A DNA stretch of 64,000 bases from Hormiphora californensis. Its lineage: Eukaryota > Animalia > Ctenophora. The position numbers were made by a program, and so were the translations under genes. Positions within the stretch are counted from its first letter, which is position 1, and every line of letters starts with the position of its first letter. This document shows, piece after piece, positions 1 through 52,050 of the stretch. The notes beneath the pieces were generated by a model. The model had not been told where the DNA came from. It ran no database searches and was given only the letters and a program-made list of their open reading frames with translations. The stretch covers positions 5,456,001 through 5,520,000 of the forward strand of contig CM035358.1 in the NCBI GenBank assembly GCA_020137815.1, written 5' to 3'.

Positions 1-256
1 TCATCTGGTTCCGGAGTTAGGAGGGGTCGAAAAGTGCCAAAATGGGCTAAAACTTCAAAATTGTTATATCTACGCTGTTGGCAAGCGGGCCCACTTTTTC
101 GGGAAAAGTTTTAGGGGGGAGGGGATGGGGCCACCTTTGCGCTTGCCAGCGCAGTGATACTTACTTTGAATATTAGGAGGCCTTGAAAACAATTATACAT
201 GTTGTAGTACTCCCTATTATCCAGCGATATAAACCATTTAAATTCATTGCCTATAG

Positions 257-1670
257 GTGCTCAGTGGTGTTGAGATTTCAAGCGCTGATATTGAAAAGGC
301 GGTCGTTGAATACGGGTCTGTTATGACTTGCATGAAATGGGACAGCAAAGCAGGTATAAATTTTATATATTACTAACTCCGATATATATTAACCACACAG
401 TTATGGTAATAGTTTAATCAATCAATCAACAAATCAACCAACCAATCAATCACAATAGTCATGTATATAAAAAATCGAAACAAACAACAATTAGTACTCT
501 TTAGTTGTTTTGTACAAACTCTTTTATTTTATATAACAGTTTTATATAACAGTCTAACTTGGCAACTCTTTAGGAGGAGGATGTTATTTTAAAAAGTATA
601 AGGGAGGCGTGTTCGCTGGAGAACCAATTGAGATGGGTTGTGGCAACGACTGCTGTGACCATGCTGTTCTAATTGTTGGGTAGGTACTGAGACAGTTGGT
701 AACATAGACACCTGGCGCGACCCCGCGTGACCCCCGTGCCAGGTGTCTATGTCACCAACTGAGACAGTTGGTGACACAGTCACCCCTACAATTCCTGCGC
801 GTAGCGTGGCAAAACGAAGCCTCTCTAGAGAGGTGACGGCGCTACTAACTGAAACAGCTGAGCTTCTACATTGGACAGTCATAGAAGTAGGGTCGCAAAG
901 AAATTAATTCACTGTTGCCGCCCTGTTTCTGTAGCTCAAACTATGAAGGTTCGGCAGATCAACGCCCAATAACCATATAATATTTTGCAGGAACCGACCG
1001 AATCAGGAAATTCTGGTCCCAGATTGGCTGATAACCAGTCACGTGACCTAAATAACGAGTTCTGATTGGTTCGGTCGGTTCCTGATATTTTGTTTCTCCA
1101 GGTATTCGCCCAGCTATTGGATTGTCAGGAACAGTCACGGAACTACTTTCGGAGAAAACGGATACTTCAAGATCAAGAAGGGAATCAACTCCTGCGGAAT
1201 CGAGGATTACGTTGTGGTAAGAGTTACAGTGCTGCTTGTAGTGGCATTACGGTAATGGTGGATACCGTAATAGCGTGGACTTTGCGTAACATGCAAGTGC
1301 TTTTGTAAAAAAACTGATGAACATACATTTGGCAGCACGTCATAGCGTGTTGATTGGCCGAGCTTGCGCATCCTCTTACTGTAATGCAAAACCAAAACGG
1401 TTTTTAATTACCGTAATGGCACTACAAGCACCGTATAGTTGCTATATAAACACTTTCAGCCGTTATGATGCTCTTCATTACTATTCCCCTGGAATTAAAA
1501 AATAGTTTATAACCAACAACCAACCCTCTCTCTAGGTTATTGATTCGACGAGACGGGGAAGCAAAGATATTTTGGAAAACGGATGTCCCGCAGATAAACC
1601 CAAATTTTGTGAAGATATTTACACGTGTGTGCCGGAGGATGAAAATTGTGTCACCCCTAGCAGCCAACGG
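257..1670 (+). CDS. Papain-family (C1A) cysteine protease, C-terminal exons, copy 1 (5' part of gene lies upstream of the window)
   Basis: Phase-compatible GT-AG exons 257-353, 574-679, 1102-1216, 1536-1670 translate to VLSGVEISSADIEKAVVEYGSVMTCMKWDSKAGGGCYFKKYKGGVFAGEPIEMGCGNDCCDHAVLIVGYSPSYWIVRNSHGTTFGENGYFKIKKGINSCGIEDYVVVIDSTRRGSKDILENGCPADKPKFCEDIYTCVPEDENCVTPSSQR. HAVLIVGY (catalytic His), YWIVRNS (catalytic Asn) and GENGYFKI..G.N.CGIE are canonical C1A motifs. Confidence 0.88.
988..1084 (+). mobile_element. ~100-109-bp hAT-type MITE (family A); duplicated at 4602-4698
   Basis: TIR CAGGAACCGACCGA...TCGGTCGGTTCCTG; 8-bp TSD ATATTTTG. Confidence 0.88.
1226..1433. mobile_element. MITE with ~27-bp imperfect TIRs (duplicate at ~4840-5047; related copy at ~22436-22615)
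   Basis: CAGTGCTGCTTGTAGTGGCATTACGGTAAT ... ATTACCGTAATGGCACTACAAGCACCG, flanked by TA. Confidence 0.65.
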
Positions 1671-2264
1671 GTTAGTACTGGGTGTCCTCCACGAACAGTA
1701 CTAAACTTTTAGATCTCGACTAATTAGGCCTTTTGAGTGTGAAAATTGGAGAGCTCTATTGATTTCGTCCACGAACTACAGAATTAGTGTTGGTTTTTTG
1801 TGCTTTGAGTAGGGTTTTAGAGAGGGATTAGTTCCATACTAAAACCCCCTCCACGTGGTACAAGTCACGTGATTTCACGCCCCATTTCACACTGAACCCA
1901 TATAAGCCCCACTAACCTTGCACTAAAATTTCGACTAAACAGGCTGAGAATTTAGCCAACCCAAAGGCTGTCTAAATTGAAACTAAATTCTATTATTGTG
2001 GAAATGCGTTCCCAAAACGACCCCAAAATGACCAAAATGACCAAGGCTGTCTTTGACAATTGACATACATGCTTACATGATGAACTTGAGATATTGAAAT
2101 TGTTTAAAATTGAAAAAATCATTTATAAGGAACGAGATAAGATAAGAGGGAGAGGGAGAATTCCTTATGTGCATATCCCAGAAATATGAGAGGATATATG
2201 AAAGAGTATAGGTAATTAGACAGTACTTCTCAAGATATGTACTAGGGGGCCAAAATGGAATATT

Positions 2265-3564
2265 GGGGGGGGGGGTCCAGCCCTAAAAAAAGCTAAGCTA
2301 ACGGCCAAAATCAGGGTACCTTTAGCTTTTTTTAGCTTTTTTTAGCCTTTTTTAGCTTTTTTTAGCTTTTTTTAGCTTTATTTAGCTTTTTTTAGCTTTT
2401 TTAAGGCTAAAAAAAACTAAAAAAAGCTAAAAAAAGCTAAAATTGAGTTTTTAGTGGATTCATATAGGTTCGAATCCCGCTGACGCCAAATTTTTTAAAC
2501 TTTTATTAGGGTAGAAAGGGGTAAAATGGCACACTTTCTAACGTTTTAGGTTCTAAAATACTCAATTTATACAGCAAGAAGAAAAAAAATTATATAGGCT
2601 ATCCAATGAAACGTTTTCCTTTCAGACGAGCTAAATTTTAAAATCTGAAAGTTTTATTTAATAGCTTAATTAATCAATTCAAAAAGTTTGGTAGGGCTTT
2701 TTTTGGAAATTTTGCACTGGGGTAAAATGGTCCAGCCAATAGCATTGCTCGATTTTTATCACGTGCCTGGTGCTGTTAGAGCACTGGGGTAAAATGGTCC
2801 ATGTTATCTTCAGTAATTTCTGTTCTGCTGGACCATTTTACCCCAGTGTGCTGGACCATTTTACCCCAGTTGGTATCACGTGGTATTGGAGGCTCGATTT
2901 CATTGGTCCCAGGGTGAACCATTTTACCCCAGCGAGGGTGAACCATTTTACCCCAGTTTGACTAATTTGACAATTTAATCAACTTAATAGTGGGTTTTTT
3001 GAAAAATTTTTATACCAAGTTTTAGAAGGATAAAAACCCTAACTGGCAGTTTTTGCAAAATTAAAATCGGCCAACTCAAACAGAAATTACAGCAGTTTTA
3101 AAGCAAAAATTCGGAACAGAACGAGCAGGTCTCCGCTGGAGAAAAAGTCACGTGACTACATGTAATAACTAGGACCATTTTACCCCATACATGTGCCATT
3201 TTACCCCGTGTGCCATTTTACCCCTTTCTACCCTATAACGTTTTATAACGTTTTTTGAACTTTTTTAAAACTACAATTTTTATCAAATTTGAATAATATT
3301 TTTATCGAAAAAATGTCTCCAGAAAATGGCAGTAGGGGTGGATACAGAAATTGCTATGTATGGACATAAACAGTAGATTATGGTAAAAAAATGTGCAGGA
3401 AATGAACAAATGCAGTCAATAGACGTCCGGAAGGATGAAAATTTAATGGAAAAGTGTCAAGATGAATGCTGAAAAAACATAAAAAGTAGGGCTAAAAAAA
3501 GCTAAAAAAAGTTATCGACCAAAATCAGGGTACCTTTAGCTTTTTTTAGGGCTGGACCCCCCCC
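2265..3564. mobile_element. TIR element with a second TIR element (2509-3233) nested inside
   Basis: Outer ends GGGGGGTCCAGCCCTAAAAAAAGCTAA / TTAGCTTTTTTTAGGGCTGGACCCCCC with internal TTTTTTAGC repeats. Inner ends GGGTAGAAAGGGGTAAAATGGCACAC / GTGTGCCATTTTACCCCTTTCTACCC flanked by TA, with internal CCATTTTACCCC repeats. Confidence 0.8.
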
Positions 3565-3868
3565 AATATTATACCGGATAGAATTGCCTGTATTATGTTT
3601 AACTAGCAAAATCATAGCAAAAGTATCAAAAGTAAGTACATATCTCTCTTATAGTCTCTCTCTCTCTCTCTCTCATTCCCTCTCTCCTAATCTCAGTCCC
3701 CCCTCTCATTCTCCCCTCTCATTCCCTCTTCTCTCCCAAACTCATTCCCATGTCTCATTTAATTCATGTATAGGTGCTCATGGTGTTCGAATTCAGAAAG
3801 GAGGCCTTGAACATTTACAGTTAGCCTATTATCCAGCGATATAAACCATTTAAATTCATTGCCTATAG

Positions 3869-6800
3869 GTGCTCAGTGGTGTTCGGATTTCAGAAGATGA
3901 GATTGAAAAGGCGGTCGTTGAATACGGGTCTGTTATGACTTGCATGAAATGGGACAGCAAAGCAGGTATAAATTTTATATATTACTAACTCCGATATATA
4001 TTAACCACACAGTTATGGTAATAGTTTAATCAATCAATCAACAAATCAACCAACCAATCAATCACAATAGTCATGTATATAAAAAATCGAAACAAACAAC
4101 AATTAGTACTCTTTAGTTGTTTTGTACAAACTCTTTTATTTTATATAACAGTTTTATATAACAGTCTAACTTGGCAACTCTTTAGGAGGAGGATGTTATT
4201 TTAAAAAGTATAAGGGAGGCGTGTTTGCTGGAGAACCAATGGTGATGGGTTGTAAGGCCAATTGCTGTGACCATGCTGTTCTAATAGTAGGGTAGGTACT
4301 GAGACAGTTGCAGTAACATAGACACCTGGCGGGACCCCGCACGACCCCTGCGCCAGGTGTCTATGTCACCAACTGAGACAGTTGGTGACGCAGTCACCCC
4401 TACAATTCCTGCGCGTAGCGTGGCAAAACGAAGCCTCTCTAGAGAGGTGACGGCGCTACTAACTGAAACAGCTGAGCTTCTACATTGGACAGTCATAGAA
4501 GTAGGGTCGCAAAGAAATTAATTCACTGTTGCCGCCCGGTTTCTGTAGCTCAAACTATGAAGGTTCGGCAGATCAACGCCCAATAACCATATAATATTTT
4601 GCAGGAACCGACCGAATCAGGAAATTCTGGTCCCAGATTGGCTGATAACCAGTCACGTGACCTAAATAACGAGTTCTGATTGGTTCGGTCGGTTCCTGAT
4701 ATTTTGTTTCTCCAGGTATTCGCCCAGCTATTGGATTGTCAGGAACAGTCACGGAACTACTTTCGGAGAGAACGGATACTTCAAGATAAAGAAGGGAATC
4801 AACTCCTGCGGAATCGAGGATTACGTTGTGGTAAGAGTTACAGTGCTGCTTGTAGTGGCATTACGGTAATGGTGGATACCGTAATAGCGTGGACTTTGCG
4901 TAACATGCAAGTGCTTTTGTAAAAAAACTGATGAACATACATTTGGCAGCACGTCATAGCGTGTTGATTGGCCGAGCTTGCGCATCCTCTTACTGTAATG
5001 CAAAACCAAAACGGTTTTTAATTACCGTAATGGCACTACAAGCACCGTATAGTTGCTATATAAACACTTTCAGCCGTTATGATGCTCTTCATTACTATTC
5101 CCATGGAATTAAAAAATAGTTTATAACCAACAACCAACCCTCTCTCTAGGTTATTGATTCGACGAGACGGGGAAGCAAAGATATTTTGGAAAACGGATGT
5201 CCCGCAGATAAACCCAAATTTTGTGAAGATATTTACACGTGTGTGCCGGAGGATGAAAATTGTGTCACCCCTAGCAGCCAACGGGTTAGTACAGGAGCAT
5301 GTTACAGTTGGACCCCGATTTACCGGCACCCTCGGGAAAAAGGGTTATGTCCGTTAAATTGGGGCGTCCGCTAAATCGGTGTCAAATACTCTTAATTTCT
5401 TATATCGGGGGAAGAATGAAGATTAACCTTGCCGTTAAATCGGGGTCCGACTGTTTAGATAATCCTGTTATTATAGGTAGCACTGGAACTAAGGGATTAC
5501 GAAGAAATGCTTGAGGCTGATCTTGCGGAGATGAAACTGAGGAACAAGGTTAAACTTGAAAAGAGGTGTGCCGATATGTCGGCTACTCGTTGTGCTCAAT
5601 ACAAAACTAGGGGACTGTGTTCGAATCCAGCTTATGCTAAGAGGTGTCCGGTAACTTGTGACGTGTGTGCTGAGGAAGAGGAAGAAGAGGAGGAAGAGAA
5701 AGAAGAGGAAGAGAAGGAAGAGGGGAAAAAAGGGTGTGCCGATATGTCGGCTACTCGTTGTGCTCAATACAAAACTAGGGGACTGTGTTCGAATCCAGCT
5801 TATGCTAAGAGATGTCCGGTAACTTGTGACGCCTGTGCTGAGGAAGAGGAAGAAGAGGAGGAAGGGGAAGAAGAGGAAGAGAAGGAAGAGGGGAAAAAAG
5901 GGTGTGTCGATACGAAAAAGGGTACTATTTGTGCTCAATACAAAGCTATGGGATTATGTACTAAGAGTTCACAAATTGCTAAATGGTGTCCGGTAACTTG
6001 TGACGCCTGTGCTGAGGAAGAGGAGAAAAAAGTGTGTCAGGATAAGAAATCAGAGTAAGTTAGAAAATGTTTCTGAAGTTAATTATCTTGTCCGCACAAT
6101 ACGTTATTCCAGATAGCCAAACTTAAACTCTCTACAGCTGTGATAAGTGGGCGAAGAATTACGGTTGCGATAGGGTGAAAGAACTATGCCCAGTGACATG
6201 TGACACGTGTGCTGATGATGAAGAAGCCTTGGAACCGAAGAGCAGTGAAATCGAGGGACAGTGTTATCCACTCAAAATTGAAAATGGTACAGTTAAACCT
6301 GCATTTTAAACCGGACGGATAATTCCCGCGTATTTCATTTTTAAATACAGTGCACCTCGCACCTGGATTTACTGTCTTCTAAATCTAACTCCCAAACCTA
6401 ACCTTACTTCCTCCCTCAGCTAGTACAGGCAGCAGAATGTTGAATCCAGGTGACAACCTAAAATTCAGATGTAGGCCGGGATACATTGCAACGGGCAGTG
6501 CCTCCTGTCTTATCCAGAATGTATTCACCAATGAAGCAGGCGATGCTCGACTTACACCTGAATGTTTAAAGGTAACTTAGTTATTAATTAAGTACTAATT
6601 ATACACGCCATACGCCCAATCAACGTCCTTTTGTGTTTTGTCATAGCTCGAATCTTAATCAATCGAACAAACGAGATGTACTCAGTAGCATGAAAAACAA
6701 ATTCCTTCTCGTTCAGTAAGGGTTGAGTTCTCCACCCGTTACTCAAGTTTTTTCATGATTACAATCTTCCTCTTATTCTTATGGTTAACTCCCTAGCACA

Positions 6801-8069
6801 CACCTGCCAATTGTTTCCCCTACCAGGTGGACACATCTAACACCTTCACCGGAAGCGGGGAAGACTACGCTGGTACTACTAGCACCACTATCACTGGGAA
6901 AACGTGCATGAACTGGAACAAATTGGTACTCGAGGGTAAGTCACACGTGCAGTACTAAACAGGAACCGACCGAATCAGGAAATACTGGTCCCTGATTGGC
7001 TAATAACCAGTCACGTGACCTGAATAACGAGTTCTGATTGGTTGTTTACTTGTTTCGGTCGGTGCCTGGTACTAAATCAATCACTTTCATCATTGATTTT
7101 GCTCGGGGATCACGTATCATGTTTCTCAAATTGAACTTGCTATAGGATAAGGATCACGTATCATGTTTCTCAAATTGATCTTGCTATAGGATCACGTTTC
7201 TCAAATTGACCTTGCTATAGGATCATGTTTCTCAAATTGATCTTGCTAGAATGACCGTCCTCTACAGGAGAGTTGTATGCTGAAAGTGCACCTGGAGTAT
7301 ACGAACTCGGAAACCATAACATGTGCAGGAACCCTGGAGGAAAGGAGGTAAGTGCAGTCTCTTAATTGAGAAATCGGAAGAATGATTTGAAAGTTGGTCT
7401 GGATTTAAATACAAATAACTATACTAAGTTAGACGTGATTGAGGAGTGAGGAAGTTAGCGCCTTGCTTAATCGGGAGCAATATTCTATTAGTTTCAACAT
7501 AAATAAATACTATTATAATAGTTCTTCATAAATAAAATATCATAAATAAGATACTTACATTTCCTTCTTCAGGCGGTACCTTGGTGCTTTGCAGAGGGAG
7601 ACACAACTGCGGAAGCTACTGTCAGCTTCTGTTTCAATTACCCCGGGTGCGACAAGTGTACTGGTGCACCGGATAGGAGGAGGGACTGCAGTGTCGCGTA
7701 AGTCATCTTAATAATCCTTGTTATATGTTCTAACTCTCGGCCCTTTACGGGCGCCCGAAACACTGTCTTATAGCCAGGCAAAATAATCCGATAGAATGAG
7801 AATTACTAACCAGTTTAGTTTTGCAACTAGAAACTGACACAATTTGGAGATTTTTCGGAGAGAGATACCTTTTACACCACTATCAACAAATACCGGGGGA
7901 AACATAGTCTTTTGATATTCTTCCCATTAATTCAAGATCTTCAGCCAAAAAATAGAACAATCCCTGCAGAGCTCAGTGTAAATATGTTGACACATCAACT
8001 AGCAACCAGACAGAATACTTCTGGACGAACTGCCATGCTACCTGCTGTGCCGCTGCTGGGTGCATCTAG
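3869..8069 (+). CDS. Papain-family protease (copy 2 of C-terminal exons) fused to 4x ShK, Sushi/CCP, Kringle and a terminal ShK-like Cys module; 5'-partial
   Basis: Exons 3869-3965, 4186-4291, 4716-4830, 5150-5284, 5477-6054, 6138-6286, 6420-6571, 6827-6935, 7268-7347, 7573-7697, 7970-8069 (TAG) join in frame. ShK: CADMSATRCAQYKTRGLCSNPAYAKRCPVTCDVC (two near-identical copies plus two divergent). Sushi: CYPLKIEN...KFRCRPGYIATGSASC...PEC. Kringle: GEDYAGTTSTTITGKTCMNW...NHNMCRNPGGKEAVPWCF. Ends ...WTNCHATCCAAAGCI*. Confidence 0.88.
5305..5453. mobile_element. Tc1/mariner(pogo)-type MITE (family B)
   Basis: TIR CAGTYGGACCCCGATTTA...TAAATCGGGGTCCGACTG; TA on the left flank. Confidence 0.8.
5567..6010 (+). 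repeat. Intra-exonic 168-bp tandem repeat encoding ShK domain plus poly-Glu spacer
   Basis: First Cys codons at 5567, 5735 and 5903 (period 168 nt = 56 aa); units 1 and 2 are nearly identical. Confidence 0.9.
6960..7068 (+). mobile_element. hAT-type MITE family A
   Basis: Same TIRs; 8-bp TSD GTACTAAA. Confidence 0.9.
7108..7250 (+). repeat. Intronic minisatellite (TTTCTCAAATTGANCTTGCTATAGGAT), 4 copies
   Basis: Directly visible. Confidence 0.85.
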
Positions 8070-8968
8070 ATGAGAGATATCTAACGGAATAATGATAGCA
8101 CCTGAGACCTAGTGAGGCTCCTTGAAGAGTACTACATACTGATCTGGGTGCTGCACTGATATATGGAAACAATGGTTGTCACGATCGCCATCAGATGGAA
8201 ACGGACTGAAAAACTGAATAACTTTACTGTTATTTGCATGAAAATATAAGAGCCGATGTTGAAGAGACGTTACTTAATTATTTTTTTACATCGTTGCTGC
8301 ATTAACAAAGTGTATAATATATGTTTTCCGGGGATACAGGAAATAGCATTTGACACACACAGCTACTGCAAACCATGAGTTTAGTAGATAGCTTGGCACG
8401 GGGAAGTTAAATACGAATGTGCAATAGCACTTGCTCACCCTTCACCCTCATCCAATTGTAATGCAAACACTGTTTTCCAGTTGTCCTCATGCCCAAAATG
8501 ATGGTATTGTTTGTTGGTTTTCATCATCCGTCACATACTGTTACATAATTAGCAGCCACATATGATAACCTCAAGAGTCATGCGGCATTGGTGTATACCG
8601 CCGCCATCTTTATAATCGGTTGTAACGACCGCCCTACTACTACTGCTCTGTTATGATGAGATCACACAACAACAAACACGGAATTGGGACAGACCTGTGA
8701 ACTACCTACATCATCATCATCACCATGGTCTTGCCAATAAGTTTTAACTGTTTTCCTGATGCACCAACTACGTTACATGTGCAGCACCTCGAGCCAAAAA
8801 ACTCATTGGGGGATCTGATAAATTTGTTAGTGACCTGACAGGTTTGCACTTTGAACTGCCACCCCTAATACACCACCCCCGAACCCACAACTGCCGATAT
8901 CGGGGTTATGACGCATTTACACCACACACACTTTCGTATACGTTAATTTGTCTGTGTTTGTCTGACTG

Positions 8969-8982
8969 GTTGCCATAGCAAC
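8969..8982. promoter_or_regulatory. Candidate RFX X-box ~1.5 kb upstream of the giant Ig gene ATG
   Basis: GTTGCCATAGCAAC matches the RFX consensus GTNRCC-N(0-3)-RGYAAC; function is unproven and similar motifs are abundant in the window. Confidence 0.35.
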
Positions 8983-10479
8983 AACTGGCTCTGTCTATGT
9001 CTGGTATAGAGTGCGGTTCCGCTTATATGATCTTTGCTCTCTTTTTATTTCTCTCTGTATTGAGAAAAGTATATTATACACGTACTATAGAGTGGAAGCT
9101 TATTATTCGAACTTGGCCTAAACAATTTGTTTCTTTTTAATTACTTCACTGTATCCATGTCTCCTCCCAGATTGCAATTTCCCAGCTTTTAACACACGGA
9201 AGTCACATAGTGCTTTACAAAGGGGCAATTGTGTCTACATGCATGGTGAATGGTCTATACGTAGTCTTCTACACAATTAAATAACGTAATCGTAATGGCC
9301 CGGAAGTGGTCCACCCTCTGTTGTTCAAGGCAGTAATTAGTAATGGCACAATTGTAGTCGATCAGCTGTTGATAGGTTTTTATGTTTTGAATTCCCTTTT
9401 TCCAAAATGCTTTAGGGACCAGCTTATAAAAAGTACCCGTACTTTTTGTAGATTGCTCTGTCTGAGAATCTGAGATTCCTCGTACTATTCCTAATTTACT
9501 TTTGGGGACACCTATCACTGATCTTTTATTAACTCTGAGTGATGACCATGTGACATAATTTAGCTCTTAGGTCGTTCACTAAAATGAATGTACATACGTC
9601 ATACACCACAACAACAAACAATATATGCCCTTGTCCCTGGCCTAGTAGTAGCAGTGAGACAAATTAGTGTGTTTACTTAGTGTTGCATTTGTTTACGATT
9701 GTCGCCTACTACCAGCTATTTGGAGGTATAGTAGCAGTGTACACTTGTTCAAGGGTCTCAAACTTAGGTAGCAGTGCTATACACTTGTTCAAGGGTCTCA
9801 AACCTGTATTGTTAGAGTAACTAACACTAAGTACTGAGGGGTCTCAGAAATTCTAAGCCCCGAGTTCTAAGCAAGGTCGTCGTTGTCCTATCTGAGCGCT
9901 ACTATATAGTGTGGTAGACGGAAAACTGCCTCTCTATACCATTCTATAGAGCGATATAGTACACCGATTAGGTGTTTTTCAACTTTGCTCTCAGTAGTTT
10001 AAAGCAGATCTAGTTTTTCTGCTTCACAATAGATCTATAGAGTTTCTGCACTTCTGCAGTACATGGAATCCACGTCGTGGATAGGCCACAGAAATTGGCC
10101 ACAGAAACCTTTGAATCTGAGTTTTGTATTGTCAACTGCATTAAGTCATATTAACTTGTTCAGCTTGAACTGCTTTATTGTTTGATACTTTATAATACCT
10201 CAGTACCATATACCATATCTATATTGTATTGCCAAGTAGCAGGAGTCACTTGCTTTGTTCGACCCTCTCTCCGACATAACAAGGAGACACCTTGGTGACA
10301 TAGACGCCTCACGCCAGGTGTCTATGTCACCAAGGAGACACCTAGGGTAGCTCCTATCTAAAGTAACCAATATATATCTCTGACAACAGTTTGCAGCAAT
10401 AAAGGCAAACTACGAAAAGATCCAACAACAGTAATATTTTTACTACAACGACAAGCGTACTTGACGCTTCTATAACTTA

Positions 10480-50052
<39,573 letters not shown>

Positions 50053-51954
50053 GAGGCCTGATCAGAATACCTAATTTTTAACCTTCACACAACACTTGAA
50101 TGTTACCCTGACAACGACCCAACGTGATGACGTCATCATTGTTATGACGTCACGCGTTACCATGACAATACCCAGTATCTGGGATCTGGGCTCTCAGAAA
50201 GACTATTTTTGTAAATTTAGCTGAACTAAATGTGCGTGTCATAGAAAGAGCGAGTAAATTTAAACTTTAATTTTTAGATTTAAAACGTTAGAGATAGGGC
50301 ATTATTTAACAATTCAGACCCCCATAGACATGTGTTTTTTTAAATCTACTTCTTTCATCCCCCGAGAGAAGAGATCATGAAACATATCACATTATATGCC
50401 ATCATAATTCGATTGATCTGGTAGTACTAGATAAGATAGTAAGATAGTAGTCCTATATAGTAGATAAGATAATAATTTCTATCTAATAAAACTAGATGCG
50501 TACTAATTTGTTAACTAGGACTCAATAACATGTTTTTATTTCTTGAAGAATTGTTGTTTTACATTTTAACATGTTCAAAAAAAGTTCTTTGTTTTAATTT
50601 GTCACATGAGGGAGGAGAGGGGAATCGATCTTTCGGGGACAATACGTTCTTTGGAACAATGGAGTAAAGGTACCTACGTATAAAATGAACAATTTCGCCT
50701 GTCAAATATATTAAACGGAGTTTCAGCTATGAGATTGCTTGGATCATTGATCACCGCAAATTAGCTAAGCTTAGTATGGTCATTTAGCTATCACTTCTAT
50801 ATTGTCTTGTCGTCTTGATTCTTTCCACTATAATATACTTACCACGTGTATATTACCACGTACTATATTACCGCTTGTCTCCTTGGTTCACACGTGAGAG
50901 CGAGGCAATATCTCTCTTGTCGTGTGAGAAAATTGAAATTGGAGCTGAACCTGTATGCTGCTTGAGGGTCTGTCTCAGATAACAATTTCTCTCTTATTAG
51001 ACATACCGACACCGTGTATCATACAATATCCTCTCCAAATTAGGTGGCTATCAAGAACTGTCACATACTGTTACTAGAGAGAGGGAGCTCTCAATTAAAA
51101 TATTCTCGCGAGATCTCGATCGAAATTATATTCCTCCAATCCTATATATGATATATTGATTTTGAGCTGTAGATCGTTTATTCAAAGTTTCAAAACTTCT
51201 ATAGAAATGCTGTTTTTCTTGATTAATTTTACTCACCATTTCTTTCCAATTCGTTACTTTTACTATTTTTAGTAACTACATAATGTCTCAAGCAACGTTT
51301 TACCTCCCCCATATTATATAACCAACCTCTATTATATTAACATGTACTACAACTGTTTACTGTGACCCAAATTATATATACGTCTCCAAGAGCTTAGAAT
51401 ACTTAATGTCCCTCCCCCATACCCTCTCTCTCTCTCCATTCTCCGTTCTCCAAGCGAATTAAGAACATTTTGTTTCTCTGAATTATGAATTTACCTGTCT
51501 TCCATCCTTTCTAATGCTATAGCTTGTATACAGATGGAATTCGTGACATTCATTTAGGAAATGTCGATGATTCAGTGCTCTTTGGTGTTTGGTGTTTGTT
51601 TTCCTATAACTAGTAAACGGGATTTTATGACAAGCTTTAAATTGACAGTTAACCGTTCCCTTAACTGTTCCTTGACTGTCGGGCTCTATTATACAAGTCT
51701 CCATAACTTGTTGAGTTGCTCCGTCAAATAATTTAGCCGCCCGCATCATAACGATGCGGGTGCGGGGTAGCCAATATAACGGGGCTGGGGTACCACTAGG
51801 CACTACAGACCTCCATAAAAAGGCCACGCTCTATTCTATGGTGTGTTTTGTATACTTGGAATTGCGGTTGTAGACTTGCTGGATGCAAATAAAGGCAGGT
51901 GATCATATTTAGCGTGATTGTGAGACAATGATATGCGGGGCTGCATGAATGGGT

Positions 51955-51957
<3 letters not shown>

Positions 51958-52050
<93 letters not shown>

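Larger units (their letters stand above)
214..5292 (+). repeat. ~1.46-kb direct duplication (214-1678 vs 3826-5292) covering four protease exons
   Basis: Near-identical sequence at offset 3612-3614, including introns and embedded MITEs; copies diverge after GGGTTAGTAC. Confidence 0.95.

Noticed and set aside
1066-1308. ORF-track proteins MVRSVPDILF... (also 4680-4922)
   Set aside because: Wrong frame; the real exon is the papain YWIVRNSHG frame and the ORF start is MITE sequence.
2467-2480. GGTTCGAATCCC resembling a tRNA T-loop/B-box
   Set aside because: No acceptor, D or anticodon arms around it; it lies inside a TIR element.
3755-3826. Apparent third mini-copy of the first protease exon
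   Set aside because: Reads as a deletion-riddled version of 3852-3897 joined to a similarly degraded version of 176-228; most likely a low-quality assembly junction.
9255-9518. 87-aa minus-strand ORF between genes 1 and 2
   Set aside because: No motif or convincing splice context; possibly decayed repeat.
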